From positions 320,001-384,000 of the forward strand of contig CAXXIN010000018.1 of NCBI GenBank assembly GCA_963665275.2: DNA of 64,000 nucleotides. The letters are read 5' to 3'. Positions 41,301 to 50,247 of this stretch are shown one piece after another. The DNA comes from Negativicutes bacterium (GTDB lineage Bacteria; Bacillota; Negativicutes; UBA1444). How positions within the stretch are numbered: the first letter of the stretch is position 1; each line of letters begins with the position of its first letter. Below the pieces are notes generated by a model. It was not told the DNA's origin. It worked only from the letters and a program-made list of their open reading frames with translations, and searched no databases. The position numbers and the translations under genes are program-made.

Positions 41301-41859
41301 ATTGGGCGAAGAAATTGTAGCTTTCATGCGTGACAAGGTGGATCGTGCGATTGAAAAATATCATCAGAATTACACTCTCATCGCCACTCCGGCAGAAGGC
41401 CTTTCCGGCCGGTTTGTCAAGATGGATCGCAAAGAATATGGAATTATTCCCGGAGTGACTGATCGTGAATATTATAGTAATTCTTTCCACGTTCCAGTGA
41501 GTTATTCCATCAGCGCCCGTGAAAAAATGCGGCGCGAGGGCGTATATCATAAATATACCAATGCAGGCCATATCAGTTATGTGGAATTCGATGCGCCGCC
41601 TATTCATAATCCCAAGGCGGTTGAAGACATCCTGCGCTGTATGTCCGATTCGGACATTGGTTATGCCGGGATCAACTTTCCGGTTGATTTCTGTGATTCC
41701 TGCGGCCATATCGGCGTGATCTCATCGGATTGCTGCCCGGCCTGTGGCGCCGGCACTGTCCGGCGGGTAAGGAGAATCACCGGTTACCTTTCCACCATTG
41801 AGCGTTTCAATGATCCTAAACAAGCTGAGCTGCTTAACCGTGTATCTCATTTCAAATAG
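38392..41859 (+). CDS. nrdD: Anaerobic (class III) ribonucleoside-triphosphate reductase, intein-containing
   Basis: ATP cone, IHIHDLD, NC, MGCRT, TPAEG, Zn cysteine pairs, RRITGYL glycyl-radical loop; 671 aa after intein removal. Confidence 0.95.
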   Translation: MLTTIRKRDGRDASFDPNKITEAIYKAAQSVGGSDREMAMELTLDVLRVLRQKYNGYGCGVEEVQDMVEKVLIERGHAKTAKAYILYRSQRSRIREGKSGLMDAVQDILVETSRDNANVSNSPSAKMLQIASAASKAYYLTRMIPEHLSQAHIRGDIHIHDLDFYGKTLNCVQIPLGRLLKEGFNNGHGYIRPPKRPASATALAAIILQSSQNDMYGGQSFAYFDRDMAPFMKGVDDNEVFQSMEALIYNLNSMHSLPGDERIWVYDRLESRLETISLEDFHLKFEPSRFAAMSLNYETGRTELKEITDSMKHYNFNRILRLNLKSGQSVAVTDNHSVMTLDNSGKVVTAHPEALRSGLVPAKWEPETQRHMYDLRSYPASRRYPVDAVELDENLARFFGYYVAGGSSAEAELTGKHCDKTTEMSVTGVLRKLNPRFTAELRMARDSKNGDLVCRVGTRFASFVREVCGTGITTKRVPTEIFFASESVIRSFLDGFFSVHSGEFCQQQQVGATYSRELRDGIWLLLTRVGVVSSLSQATLTSSSLAAVGNYYRIATSTSKGRDVFQVLPDETPFDYEYLRPLLKEVCGELFAESGSDGIGPEQVHSWATDLADRILTESEQVRLEELVGIRPEILTLTGFEAPLRFGELFSRLLLTDTTGSDGEESSIVATAQVQCWAQTLLTQNKALQDLLSVLQRATQMYPIAVDSISEQPMERYVYDISVAGNENFLTSQGIFVHNSRAGAQVPFSSLNVGTETTPEGRAVTRNLLLAYEKGLGKGENPIFPNVIFRLKKGVNFNPEDPNYDLFQLAIRVASKRLNPTFSFMDSSFNKPYGTDVSYMGCRTRVIANVNGPAVTDGRGNLSFTTINLPRIAIKSERNLMKFYQQLDEMLDLICEQLYHRFQVQGALKVRDMPFLMGQGLYLDSEKLSKDDTVESVIKHGTLSIGFIGLAETLVSLTGRHHGESDEAQSLGEEIVAFMRDKVDRAIEKYHQNYTLIATPAEGLSGRFVKMDRKEYGIIPGVTDREYYSNSFHVPVSYSISAREKMRREGVYHKYTNAGHISYVEFDAPPIHNPKAVEDILRCMSDSDIGYAGINFPVDFCDSCGHIGVISSDCCPACGAGTVRRVRRITGYLSTIERFNDPKQAELLNRVSHFK
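39157..40608 (+). mobile_element. Intein (484 aa) with degenerate LAGLIDADG endonuclease
   Basis: Block A SLPGDERIWV, block B VTDNHSV, blocks F/G YVYDISVAGNENFL..GIFVHN then Ser+1; removal restores NLNSMH-SRAGAQVPF. Confidence 0.93.
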
Positions 41860-41874
41860 CGGGGTGATACGCCT

Positions 41875-42396
41875 ATGCTTTTGAGAATGGCTGGCCTAGT
41901 GCGTGAAAGTGTTGTAGATGGACCTGGTATCCGCATGGTAGTCTTTGTGCAGGGGTGTCCCCATCATTGCCCGGGATGTCATAATCCTGATTCCCATGAT
42001 CCTGCCGGCGGCTATGCTTCCAACACAGAAGAAATAATCGCTGACTTGCCTGACGGTAAATTAGTCACTGGAGTGACGTTGTCCGGCGGCGAACCTTTTG
42101 CTCAGGCGCCGGCTCTGGCTCTGATTGCCGAAGCTGCCAAGAGCAGGGGGCTGTCAGTTGTCACTTATACCGGATATCGGTTTGAAAAACTGCTGGAAAA
42201 AGGGGCGCGGGAACCAGCTGTTGCAGAACTGCTCCAACATACTGACTTATTGGTTGATGGACCTTTCGAACAAGAACGTCGAGACTTGAACCTGGCCTTT
42301 CGCGGCTCGGCGAATCAGCGGCTCATCGATGTTCCCGCATCTTTGCAAGCGGGGCATATCGTTGAATGGGTTGATTCGGGCTGGAGTTACGACTGA
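41875..42396 (+). CDS. nrdG: Anaerobic RNR activating enzyme
   Basis: VDGPGIR, CPHHCPGCHN, SGGEPF, FRGSANQR. Confidence 0.95.
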   Translation: MLLRMAGLVRESVVDGPGIRMVVFVQGCPHHCPGCHNPDSHDPAGGYASNTEEIIADLPDGKLVTGVTLSGGEPFAQAPALALIAEAAKSRGLSVVTYTGYRFEKLLEKGAREPAVAELLQHTDLLVDGPFEQERRDLNLAFRGSANQRLIDVPASLQAGHIVEWVDSGWSYD

Positions 42397-42416
42397 AAAT
42401 TCTATAGTTAGGATTC

Positions 42417-42454
42417 AGGAAAATCCCTGTTCGCTGTAACAGGGGTTTTCCTTT
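42417..42454 (+). terminator. Terminator after nrdG
   Basis: AGGAAAATCCCTGTT..AACAGGGGTTTTCCTTT. Confidence 0.75.
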
Positions 42455-42480
42455 AAATGTGGGTGTGACATAATAAGCAT

Positions 42481-44196
42481 ATGAATTGGCAATTGATTGA
42501 AAGTCTGAAACAAAAAAAATCGCACGAAATCGGTGCGAAAATATCCGCCCCCGGGGCAAAAACCGGCTTTGCCCTGGTATTTCCCAACGAATATCACCTT
42601 GGAATGTCCAATCTGGGCTTTCAAATTATTTATCGGGAGATTAACTCACGTCATGATACTGCCTGTGAGCGGGCCTTTCTTCCTTCTCCGGTGGAAAGGC
42701 TAGAATATCAGCGCACGAACACCCCACTGATGACCATCGAGAATCAACGTCCGTTGGATGAGTTTTCTATGGTCGCTTTTGCGATTTCTTTTGAATTGGA
42801 CTATTTTAATGTGCTGGATATTTTACAGCTGGGCCGTATTCCCCTACGGTGTGATGAAAGAAGTGAGTCAGATCCGATCATCATAGCCGGCGGCCCTTGC
42901 GCCACTTTTAATCCAGAGCCGCTGTCGCCATTCATTGATGTGTTTGTGGTGGGTGAAGGAGAAGAAGTCATACAGGAACTTCTCGACGCATACCATTCAG
43001 GCGCAGCCGACGACGCATCAAGACAAAGTGTTCTGCGAGAAATGTCCCGCGTGCCGGGACTTTACGTGCCGGCTTTTCAGCCGGACACAATCAGAGTTGA
43101 CCGCCGCTGGGTCAAAGAATTGGACCGTTATTCCGGCGAGACCGCCATTGTGGCCAACGATATAGAGTTTGACAGCCTGTACCTGGTTGAAGTTGCCCGC
43201 GGCTGCGGCAGGCATTGCCGTTTCTGCATGGCAGGATATTGTTTTCGCCCCCCACGTTCCCGCTCGGTGGATACGGTACGCCAAGGTGTGATAAACGCCA
43301 CTGATCAAAACAAAAAAGTCGGTCTGGTGGGAGCTGCTGTTTCAGATTTTCCTGATATGGACCTGCTATGCGCCATGCTGTCGTCCCAGGCGACTGGAAC
43401 TTCCGTGGCTTCCTTGCGGGCGGATTCGACCACGCCGGCACTGGTGAAAATCCTGGCTGACAGCGGACACCGCACGATCACTTTGGCGCCGGAAGCCGGC
43501 AGCGAACGTTTGCGGCGAGTCATCAACAAGGGGATCAGCGAGGAAGCGCTGTTGGATACCGTGGCGATGGCTCTGTGTGCTGGCATCCCCAATGTTAAAT
43601 TGTATATTATGATTGGACTGCCAGAGGAAACGGACGAAGATATCGATGCGGTGCGGGATCTGGCGCTGAAAACGCTGCAATGCATGCAAGTGAGTGGACA
43701 CGCAGGAACTCTGACACTTAGTGTCAATCCGTTTGTGCCCAAACCGTTTACACCCTTTCAATGGCTGCCCATGGCCCGACAGTCGGTTGTATCCGCCCGG
43801 CTGAATCGATTGGAGAAATCCCTGAAGGGCGAGAAGCGGATCCGTATTCAGGCCGAGTCCTTGCGCGAGGCTTATATTCAAGGTGCGTTGGCTCGGGGAG
43901 ACCGGCGGCTTGGGCAGGCGCTTCTGGAAGCACATAGGTTGGGTGGCCGCAAACAGTGGAAACAGGCGTTGAAATTGCTTGGCATTTCTGATCAGGACTA
44001 TCTATATCGGGAATATACCCGAGAAGATCGCTTGCCCTGGGAAGTAATTGATGTAGGTGTTTCAAAGGAATATTTGTGGTCAGAATTGCAAAAAGCCCGG
44101 CAAGAGGCTGCAACTTCCGTATGTTCGCCGGGCTGCAAACGTTGTGGCGTGTGTGAGAAAAAGGAGAGTATGGGGTCAACCAAATGGGAGAATTGA
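42481..44196 (+). CDS. Radical SAM protein (TIGR03960-like)
   Basis: YHLGMSNLG, CERAF, NPEP, RGCGRHCRFC, APEAGSERLR, C-terminal CSPGCKRCGVC. Confidence 0.85.
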   Translation: MNWQLIESLKQKKSHEIGAKISAPGAKTGFALVFPNEYHLGMSNLGFQIIYREINSRHDTACERAFLPSPVERLEYQRTNTPLMTIENQRPLDEFSMVAFAISFELDYFNVLDILQLGRIPLRCDERSESDPIIIAGGPCATFNPEPLSPFIDVFVVGEGEEVIQELLDAYHSGAADDASRQSVLREMSRVPGLYVPAFQPDTIRVDRRWVKELDRYSGETAIVANDIEFDSLYLVEVARGCGRHCRFCMAGYCFRPPRSRSVDTVRQGVINATDQNKKVGLVGAAVSDFPDMDLLCAMLSSQATGTSVASLRADSTTPALVKILADSGHRTITLAPEAGSERLRRVINKGISEEALLDTVAMALCAGIPNVKLYIMIGLPEETDEDIDAVRDLALKTLQCMQVSGHAGTLTLSVNPFVPKPFTPFQWLPMARQSVVSARLNRLEKSLKGEKRIRIQAESLREAYIQGALARGDRRLGQALLEAHRLGGRKQWKQALKLLGISDQDYLYREYTREDRLPWEVIDVGVSKEYLWSELQKARQEAATSVCSPGCKRCGVCEKKESMGSTKWEN

Positions 44197-44978
44197 TTTT
44201 TTCAGAGCATGAAAACGGAGTTCGTTGGGCAGCTTTTCCTGTTTTGTTGGAACAGGGTCTGCGTCATGGAATTTCCACCCGCCAAGGCGGTCACAGTGTA
44301 GATGGATTAGCCTCTTTGAATTTGGGCTTGAAAGTGAATGACAGCGCAGAAAATTTACGCAAAAATCGGCAAAAGTTCTGTCAGGCGGTTGGCGTGGATG
44401 ATTGCCGCGTTGTATCCTCAGGGCAAGTGCATGGAGACCATGTGGCAGTGGTCGATGAAAGACAGGCGGGGCAAAGACTGCCGGATACGGACGGCCTCGT
44501 GACTTGTACTTCGGGACTGCCGCTGCTATTGTTTTTCGCGGACTGTGTGCCGCTGCTATTCTATGACCCGGTTCGTAAAGTTATTGGGCTCAGCCATGCG
44601 GGTTGGAAAGGAACACACCAGTCCATCGGGCCGCGTACCTTGTCCGTTATGCAACACGCGTTTGGCACCGATCCGGAAGATTGTCTGATCGGAATCGGCC
44701 CTTCGATTGGACCCGCCGATTATGAGGTTGATGAGCCGGTCCTAAGACAAATTCAATCACGGTGGACTGAGACGGATTCCTTTATTCACAGTGGGCGACC
44801 CGGTCACTGGATGCTGGATCTTTGGGAGTGGAACCGGCTTCAGATGCTGGAGGCCGGGATTTCAGAAACGAAAATCTTCATTAGCGGCATCTCTACGGCC
44901 CAATATCCAGAACAGTTTTTTTCACACCGCGCGAGTGGAGGACGAGCTGGCCGGTTTGGGGTCTTGATGTCGCTTTGA
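44184..44978 (+). CDS. pgeF: PgeF/YfiH/YlmD family protein
   Basis: STRQGG, QVHG, ADCVP, HAGWKG, FFSHR. Confidence 0.9.
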   Translation: MGELIFSEHENGVRWAAFPVLLEQGLRHGISTRQGGHSVDGLASLNLGLKVNDSAENLRKNRQKFCQAVGVDDCRVVSSGQVHGDHVAVVDERQAGQRLPDTDGLVTCTSGLPLLLFFADCVPLLFYDPVRKVIGLSHAGWKGTHQSIGPRTLSVMQHAFGTDPEDCLIGIGPSIGPADYEVDEPVLRQIQSRWTETDSFIHSGRPGHWMLDLWEWNRLQMLEAGISETKIFISGISTAQYPEQFFSHRASGGRAGRFGVLMSL

Positions 44979-45023
44979 CAGTTGAAACTCTCCAGCTATA
45001 TAATTATAAATTGAAGTAGGGGA

Positions 45024-45704
45024 TTGGAGGCCAGTCCTTTGATTGAAGAAAATGTCGCGTTATTGCGTGATTGCCTGCCGGTCGATAAAGTTATTTTGGT
45101 TGCAGTCACCAAAACTCAGCCGCCAGAGGTCGTGCGTAGCGCTTTTGCCGCAGGCTTATCTGTGTTGGGCGAAAATCGGGTGCAGGAAGCTCTTGAAAAA
45201 GCGGCAGCCTTGTCTGATTTGCCTCTTGAATGGCATCTTATTGGTCATTTGCAAACCAATAAGGTTAAACAGGCTGTGTCTCTGTTTTCGCTGATCCACT
45301 CAGTTGACAGTCAACGATTGGCTGCTGAAATTGACCAATGTGCGAAAAATGCCGGCAAACTTCAAGATGTCTTATTGCAGGTCAATGTGGCCGGTGAGGA
45401 TACTAAAACCGGCGTCGCTCTTGAAGAAGTCGATGAATTGGCTGCTTTCATTGAGTCTTTGCCCAACATTCGACTTTGTGGTGTCATGACTATCGCACCT
45501 CTATTTGAGGATGCGGAACAGACTCGGCCAATTTTTCGGGCAACGCGCAGTATTTTCGAAAGACTAGGAAAAAAATCGGCGCATCCGGAAGCATTCCGAT
45601 GGCTTTCTATGGGAATGACCCATGATTACAGGGTTGCAGTGGAAGAAGGATCGAATATGGTTCGTATCGGGTCCGGCATATTTGGCGCCCGTACAACCCG
45701 GTAA
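45024..45704 (+). CDS. yggS: PLP homeostasis protein YggS/YlmE
   Basis: VAVTKT, GENRVQE, WHLIGHLQTNK, LSMGM; TTGACA..TATAAT promoter at 44975-45004. Confidence 0.93.
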   Translation: MEASPLIEENVALLRDCLPVDKVILVAVTKTQPPEVVRSAFAAGLSVLGENRVQEALEKAAALSDLPLEWHLIGHLQTNKVKQAVSLFSLIHSVDSQRLAAEIDQCAKNAGKLQDVLLQVNVAGEDTKTGVALEEVDELAAFIESLPNIRLCGVMTIAPLFEDAEQTRPIFRATRSIFERLGKKSAHPEAFRWLSMGMTHDYRVAVEEGSNMVRIGSGIFGARTTR

Positions 45705-45718
45705 AAGGAGGAAGCGAA

Positions 45719-46258
45719 TTGAAGCTTCTCGATAAAATATGGGGCCTGCTTGGTCTGGTAGAGACCGAGGACTCGGAAGATACGCCTCAGGGTGCTGCGG
45801 ACAAATCGGTAGCCCGCATTGAACGAAAAACCGAGCGCCCCGCAAGGTCCTTGGAGGAAAGTAAATCACGCCGGCTTACCCAGGGGGAAACGAATCCTCC
45901 GGTTCCGAACGTTTCTCTCCCGGTCAGAGCGAATCCTGCTGTTTTGCCTGAATTCAATGATTCGGGTGAGAATCGGGGGACAGTGGTCATTACACAGCCG
46001 ACAAGCTTTGACGATGCCCGGCAAATTGCTGAAAACCTGACAAATGGCAAGACTGTGTTCGTTAATTTTGAAAAGACGGATGCTGACACAATAAAACGCA
46101 CCGTTGATTTTATGAGCGGTATTACCTACGCAGTTGGGGGAACCGTGCAAAGGATTTCCAGCGAGATCTTTTTGTTTGCGCCGTCTTTGGTGGAAATCGT
46201 TGCGAACGAACGTTTTGCAGATGGAGAACAGGATGCGTTGCCATGGCGGCGATCCTGA
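45719..46258 (+). CDS. sepF: Cell division protein SepF
   Basis: PTSFDDA..VNFE..RTVDFMSG..GTVQRIS..FLFAP. Confidence 0.9.
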   Translation: MKLLDKIWGLLGLVETEDSEDTPQGAADKSVARIERKTERPARSLEESKSRRLTQGETNPPVPNVSLPVRANPAVLPEFNDSGENRGTVVITQPTSFDDARQIAENLTNGKTVFVNFEKTDADTIKRTVDFMSGITYAVGGTVQRISSEIFLFAPSLVEIVANERFADGEQDALPWRRS

Positions 46259-46277
46259 AATTAAGGGAGTGTGCATA

Positions 46278-47093
46278 ATGCTAGCCAACAAAAAAATTGG
46301 ATTCATCGGTGGCGGCGCCATGTGCGAGGCGTTGATGGGTGGGCTTATTTCCAGTGAAATGTTGAAACCGTCACAGGTGACAGTCTATGATGTCGTCAAG
46401 GAACGGTTGCATTACCTCAAGGAACGTCACGGTGTGCATATTGCGGAAACCGGCCAAGCTGTTGCGTCAGCCGCTGATATTCTGTTTTTGACAGTTAAAC
46501 CTCAAGTGATGGCAGCAGTGCTCTCCGATATCGCCAAGTATGTGCCAAAGAAAACCCTGGTCGTTTCGATTGCGGCTGGCATCAAAATTTCTACTCTCGA
46601 AAAATATTTACTTGGCGTGCCCGTCGTCCGGGTTATGCCCAATACACCAGTCGCCGTCGGCGAGGGCATGTCGGCCGTATCTCGGGGAACGCATGCGGAT
46701 GAGGCGGCCGCCAATCTAGTTTCGGCGATGTTCTCCGCTGTCGGGCGGTCCGTTCAGGTCGATGAATCCATGATGGATGCCGTAACCGGTTTGTCTGGTA
46801 GCGGGCCGGCATTCTTCTTTCTGATGCTGGACGCGTTATCAGATGCAGGGGTGCGTGTAGGTTTTTCCCGTCAAAACGCATTGTTGCTTTCGGCGCAGAC
46901 GATGCTCGGAGCTGCAAAAATGGTGCTCGAAACTGGCGAACATCCGGGAAAACTCAAAGATATGGTCACTTCTCCTGGCGGAACCGCCATCAGCGGTGTG
47001 CATATGCTGGAGACACACTCCATCCGGGCTTCCCTGATCGAGGCTGTTGTGGCAGCGACTGCCCGCTCGCGTGATATGGGCAAGGATCAATAA
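46278..47093 (+). CDS. proC: Pyrroline-5-carboxylate reductase
   Basis: IGFIGGGAM, VKPQ, RVMPNTP, TGLSGSGPA, VTSPGGTA. Confidence 0.95.
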   Translation: MLANKKIGFIGGGAMCEALMGGLISSEMLKPSQVTVYDVVKERLHYLKERHGVHIAETGQAVASAADILFLTVKPQVMAAVLSDIAKYVPKKTLVVSIAAGIKISTLEKYLLGVPVVRVMPNTPVAVGEGMSAVSRGTHADEAAANLVSAMFSAVGRSVQVDESMMDAVTGLSGSGPAFFFLMLDALSDAGVRVGFSRQNALLLSAQTMLGAAKMVLETGEHPGKLKDMVTSPGGTAISGVHMLETHSIRASLIEAVVAATARSRDMGKDQ

Positions 47094-47881
47094 TGATTGA
47101 CCGCGAAAAAATTCTTCGATATTATCGATCTACAGGCGATCAGGAATTAGCGGCCCGGATTCTTGATGCGGCGGAAGCTGCGATCCGCAGCCGGCGTTCG
47201 TTCGTAACAGAATTTCTGGACCCCCACAGCTATTCAATTGCAGAAACGGTGGCTGCGTATGAAGATGCTTTGTCGCTTCAGTCCCAGGGAGGATTTGAAA
47301 CGGCGGAACGGGTAAAAGCGGCGTTTGTTTGCAAAGACTTTCGGGGTGAGGTTGTATTCCCGATCGAAGCGGTTGCAGTGGAATGGGATTCGCGTTATTA
47401 CCAGCTGACTCATCGCGATGTTCTCGGCGGCTTGTTGGGCCTCGGAATAAAGCGTGGCGTCATAGGTGACATTTTGATGGTTTCCAGTGGGTGCCAAATC
47501 GTTGCTGATTCTTCAATTCTGCCTTTTTTGCTCAATGAACTTCAGCGAATCGGCGCCGCTAATGTCAAGGCTAAACGGATTGAATTGACTGATTTGCAGC
47601 CACGCCCTGAAACGGTCAAGGAGATTCGCGCCACAGTTGCGTCGTTGCGGTTGGATTCGGTAGCAGCTGCAGGTTTTGGCGTTTCAAGAACCCAGATGAC
47701 GGAGGAAATCCAGTCCGAAAAAGTGAAAGTCAACTGGAAGGATGTGAAAAGTCCGGCTCAGATCGTCAAGGCCGGCGATGTGATTTCTTTTCGGGGGCGC
47801 GGCAGGGTTGAAGTTCTTGAAATTACTGGACAGACAAAAAAGGGACGAACCGGGGTCTTGTTGAAAAGATATATAGGATAA
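47093..47881 (+). CDS. ylmH: YlmH S4-domain RNA-binding protein
   Basis: FLDP, LTHRDVLG, GDI, SLRLD, RGRGR. Confidence 0.9.
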   Translation: MIDREKILRYYRSTGDQELAARILDAAEAAIRSRRSFVTEFLDPHSYSIAETVAAYEDALSLQSQGGFETAERVKAAFVCKDFRGEVVFPIEAVAVEWDSRYYQLTHRDVLGGLLGLGIKRGVIGDILMVSSGCQIVADSSILPFLLNELQRIGAANVKAKRIELTDLQPRPETVKEIRATVASLRLDSVAAAGFGVSRTQMTEEIQSEKVKVNWKDVKSPAQIVKAGDVISFRGRGRVEVLEITGQTKKGRTGVLLKRYIG

Positions 47882-47914
47882 ATCTGTTTACCATTAATGG
47901 GAAGGGGTGGACTT

Positions 47915-48367
47915 GTGCTGACACCGCTGGATATTCTGAACAAGAAATTCAAAAAAGAATTTCGGGGCTATGATTCTGCCGCCGTCGATGAATTTATGGC
48001 AGAAGCTGCCAAGAACCATGAGCGTCTACTGCAGGAAAGTATGGATCTGAAGGAAGCGGTTGAACGCTTGACGACTAAGCTGGAACATTATCAGCATATG
48101 GAAACCACCTTGCACAGCACGCTAGTGATAGCGCAGGAAACGGCTGAAGAAGTGAAGCTGAACGCAAAGCGCGAATGCGAACTGATGATGAAGGAAATGG
48201 AAGTTCGCGGGCAGCGGATGCTGGATGAAACCTCCGCTAAAGTCCGGCGAATGAATGTTGAATATGAAGAACTGCGCAAACAGGCGCAGGTTTTTCGGAT
48301 TCGTCAAAAAACTCTGCTGGCGGCACAGCTTGAGATGTTGAAAAAAGACGAAGAAGATGATAACTGA
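47915..48367 (+). CDS. divIVA: DivIVA family protein
   Basis: LTPLDILNKKF..FRGYD..VDEF, coiled coil. Confidence 0.92.
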   Translation: MLTPLDILNKKFKKEFRGYDSAAVDEFMAEAAKNHERLLQESMDLKEAVERLTTKLEHYQHMETTLHSTLVIAQETAEEVKLNAKRECELMMKEMEVRGQRMLDETSAKVRRMNVEYEELRKQAQVFRIRQKTLLAAQLEMLKKDEEDDN

Positions 48368-48369
48368 GC

Positions 48370-48675
48370 TTGAATACGGATGAATTATCCCTCCGAGACT
48401 CCCAGGAAGGAGTTTCGATCGGTATTCGAGTGCAGCCACGGGCTGGACGCAACAAAATTCAGGGAATTCACGACGGAGCATTGAAATTGGCTGTGGCTGC
48501 CGCTCCGGTTGAAGGGGAAGCAACCCGTCAGTGTCTGAGGTTTCTGGCGGATATTTTTGATGTATCTCCATCGCGAATCACATTATTATCGGGAGCACAG
48601 TCAAGGAACAAAGTCTTTCGCATCAACGGAATAGATTCGGGAACCTGTCGGCAAATCCTCGAGCGGATTTACTAA
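48370..48675 (+). CDS. DUF167/YggU family protein
   Basis: RVQPRA, AAPVEGEA, SGAQSRNK. Confidence 0.85.
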   Translation: MNTDELSLRDSQEGVSIGIRVQPRAGRNKIQGIHDGALKLAVAAAPVEGEATRQCLRFLADIFDVSPSRITLLSGAQSRNKVFRINGIDSGTCRQILERIY

Positions 48676-48712
48676 TCCGATAAAGGAAATAGAGGTGGGA
48701 GGGTGATTTTAA

Positions 48713-49996
48713 ATGGCTCAAATCCACATCCCTTATGCCAGGACCCATTTAGTACTGGAAGTACCTGATAGCCGTTTGCTGGGTATCCTTGAATCGAAAG
48801 CTCATCATTTTGTGCCTGAACAGAGTCAGGAGGAACTTGTGCGGCAGGCATTGCACAATCCAATCGCATCACCTCGCCTCAGAGACCTGGCTCATGGCAA
48901 AAAGAAAATTGTCATAATTGCTAGTGACCATACACGTCCAGTACCGACTCGAATTATTGCTCCTGCGATGCTGGCGGAAATCCGAGAGGGAAACCCTACA
49001 GCTGAGGTCGTTTTTTTAATTGCAACAGGCTTTCACCGGCCAATGTCGCCTGAGGAATTGGAAAATAAATTTGGCTCGGAGCTGATGACGGCTGAGAAAA
49101 TCGTAATGCATGATTGCCGCGATGAGAACTCGATGGTGAAAATCGGTCAACTGCCGTCCGGCGGGGATATCGTTATCAATAAACTCGCGATGGAGGCAGA
49201 CTTGCTGATTGCGGAAGGCTTCATCGAGCCGCATTTTTTCGCCGGATTTTCCGGTGGTCGCAAGAGTATTCTGCCGGGCATCGTCAGTCGGGTAACTGTC
49301 TTAGCCAATCATTGTTCCGAATTCATCGCGCATGAGAATGCCCGCGCCGGAGTTCTGGACGGAAATCCGCTACATGTGGATATGATTTCAGCAGCCAGAC
49401 AGGCTAAACTTGCTTTTATCCTGAACGTGGTGATTGATGCTGATAAAAAGATCATTCGTGCGTTTGCAGGCGATATGGAAGCCGCTCATTTGGAAGGGTG
49501 CCGATTCGTCAAAGATCTGGCGTCGGTCCAGGCGGTTCCGGCTGATATCGTGGTAACTTCCAACGGTGGATATCCTTTGGATCAAAACATCTACCAGGCG
49601 GTAAAAGGGATGTCGGCGGCAGAGGCTACATGCAAACCCGGTGGCGTGATCATCATTGCGGCGGCCTGCAACGACGGACATGGCGGGCAGGCTTTTTATG
49701 ACTGGTTCCGTGATGCAAAAGACGGCGCCGCTGAAGTGATGTGCAAGATTCTGGAGATTGGACGGGAAGCGACTGTGGCCGACCAGTGGGAGGCGCAGAT
49801 CGCAGCGCGCATTCAATTGAAACATACGACAATTATTGTTAGTGATGAATGTGAGCATGAAGTGATTGAAAATATGTATTTCAAGTCGGCCCGTACCTTG
49901 GCTGAAGCGATGGCGATGGCCGAAGCGGTGGTTGGAAAGAATGCGACGGTTACCGTTATACCGGATGGCGTATCTGTGATTATTGATCCAGCATAA
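48713..49996 (+). CDS. larA: Nickel-pincer-dependent lactate racemase family protein
   Basis: SDHTRP, ATGFHR, EPHFFAGFSGGRKS..PG, NH, GYPLDQNIYQAVKG. Confidence 0.88.
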   Translation: MAQIHIPYARTHLVLEVPDSRLLGILESKAHHFVPEQSQEELVRQALHNPIASPRLRDLAHGKKKIVIIASDHTRPVPTRIIAPAMLAEIREGNPTAEVVFLIATGFHRPMSPEELENKFGSELMTAEKIVMHDCRDENSMVKIGQLPSGGDIVINKLAMEADLLIAEGFIEPHFFAGFSGGRKSILPGIVSRVTVLANHCSEFIAHENARAGVLDGNPLHVDMISAARQAKLAFILNVVIDADKKIIRAFAGDMEAAHLEGCRFVKDLASVQAVPADIVVTSNGGYPLDQNIYQAVKGMSAAEATCKPGGVIIIAAACNDGHGGQAFYDWFRDAKDGAAEVMCKILEIGREATVADQWEAQIAARIQLKHTTIIVSDECEHEVIENMYFKSARTLAEAMAMAEAVVGKNATVTVIPDGVSVIIDPA

Positions 49997-50031
49997 CGTG
50001 TTCTTGCTGTTTTCTTATTAACGGTATGAAA

Positions 50032-50077
50032 ATAACAAAAGCTGTGCGAAACCTTGGTTTTGCACAGCTTTTGTTAT
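50032..50077 (+). terminator. Terminator after larA
   Basis: ATAACAAAAGCTGTGCGAAAC..GTTTTGCACAGCTTTTGTTAT. Confidence 0.75.
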
Positions 50078-50247
50078 GGGTAATCGAACTATAGAATTTA
50101 TAATATTTTACAAATTCTACGTAAAATTGTTTGCAAAAATATTTTTTTTAGTCCCCAACAACTTGCCATTGTGATATACTACATAAGTAATAAGCGTACC
50201 ATAGTGTCACCTAATTTTCAGACTAGTATATTAAATTTAGGGGGAGT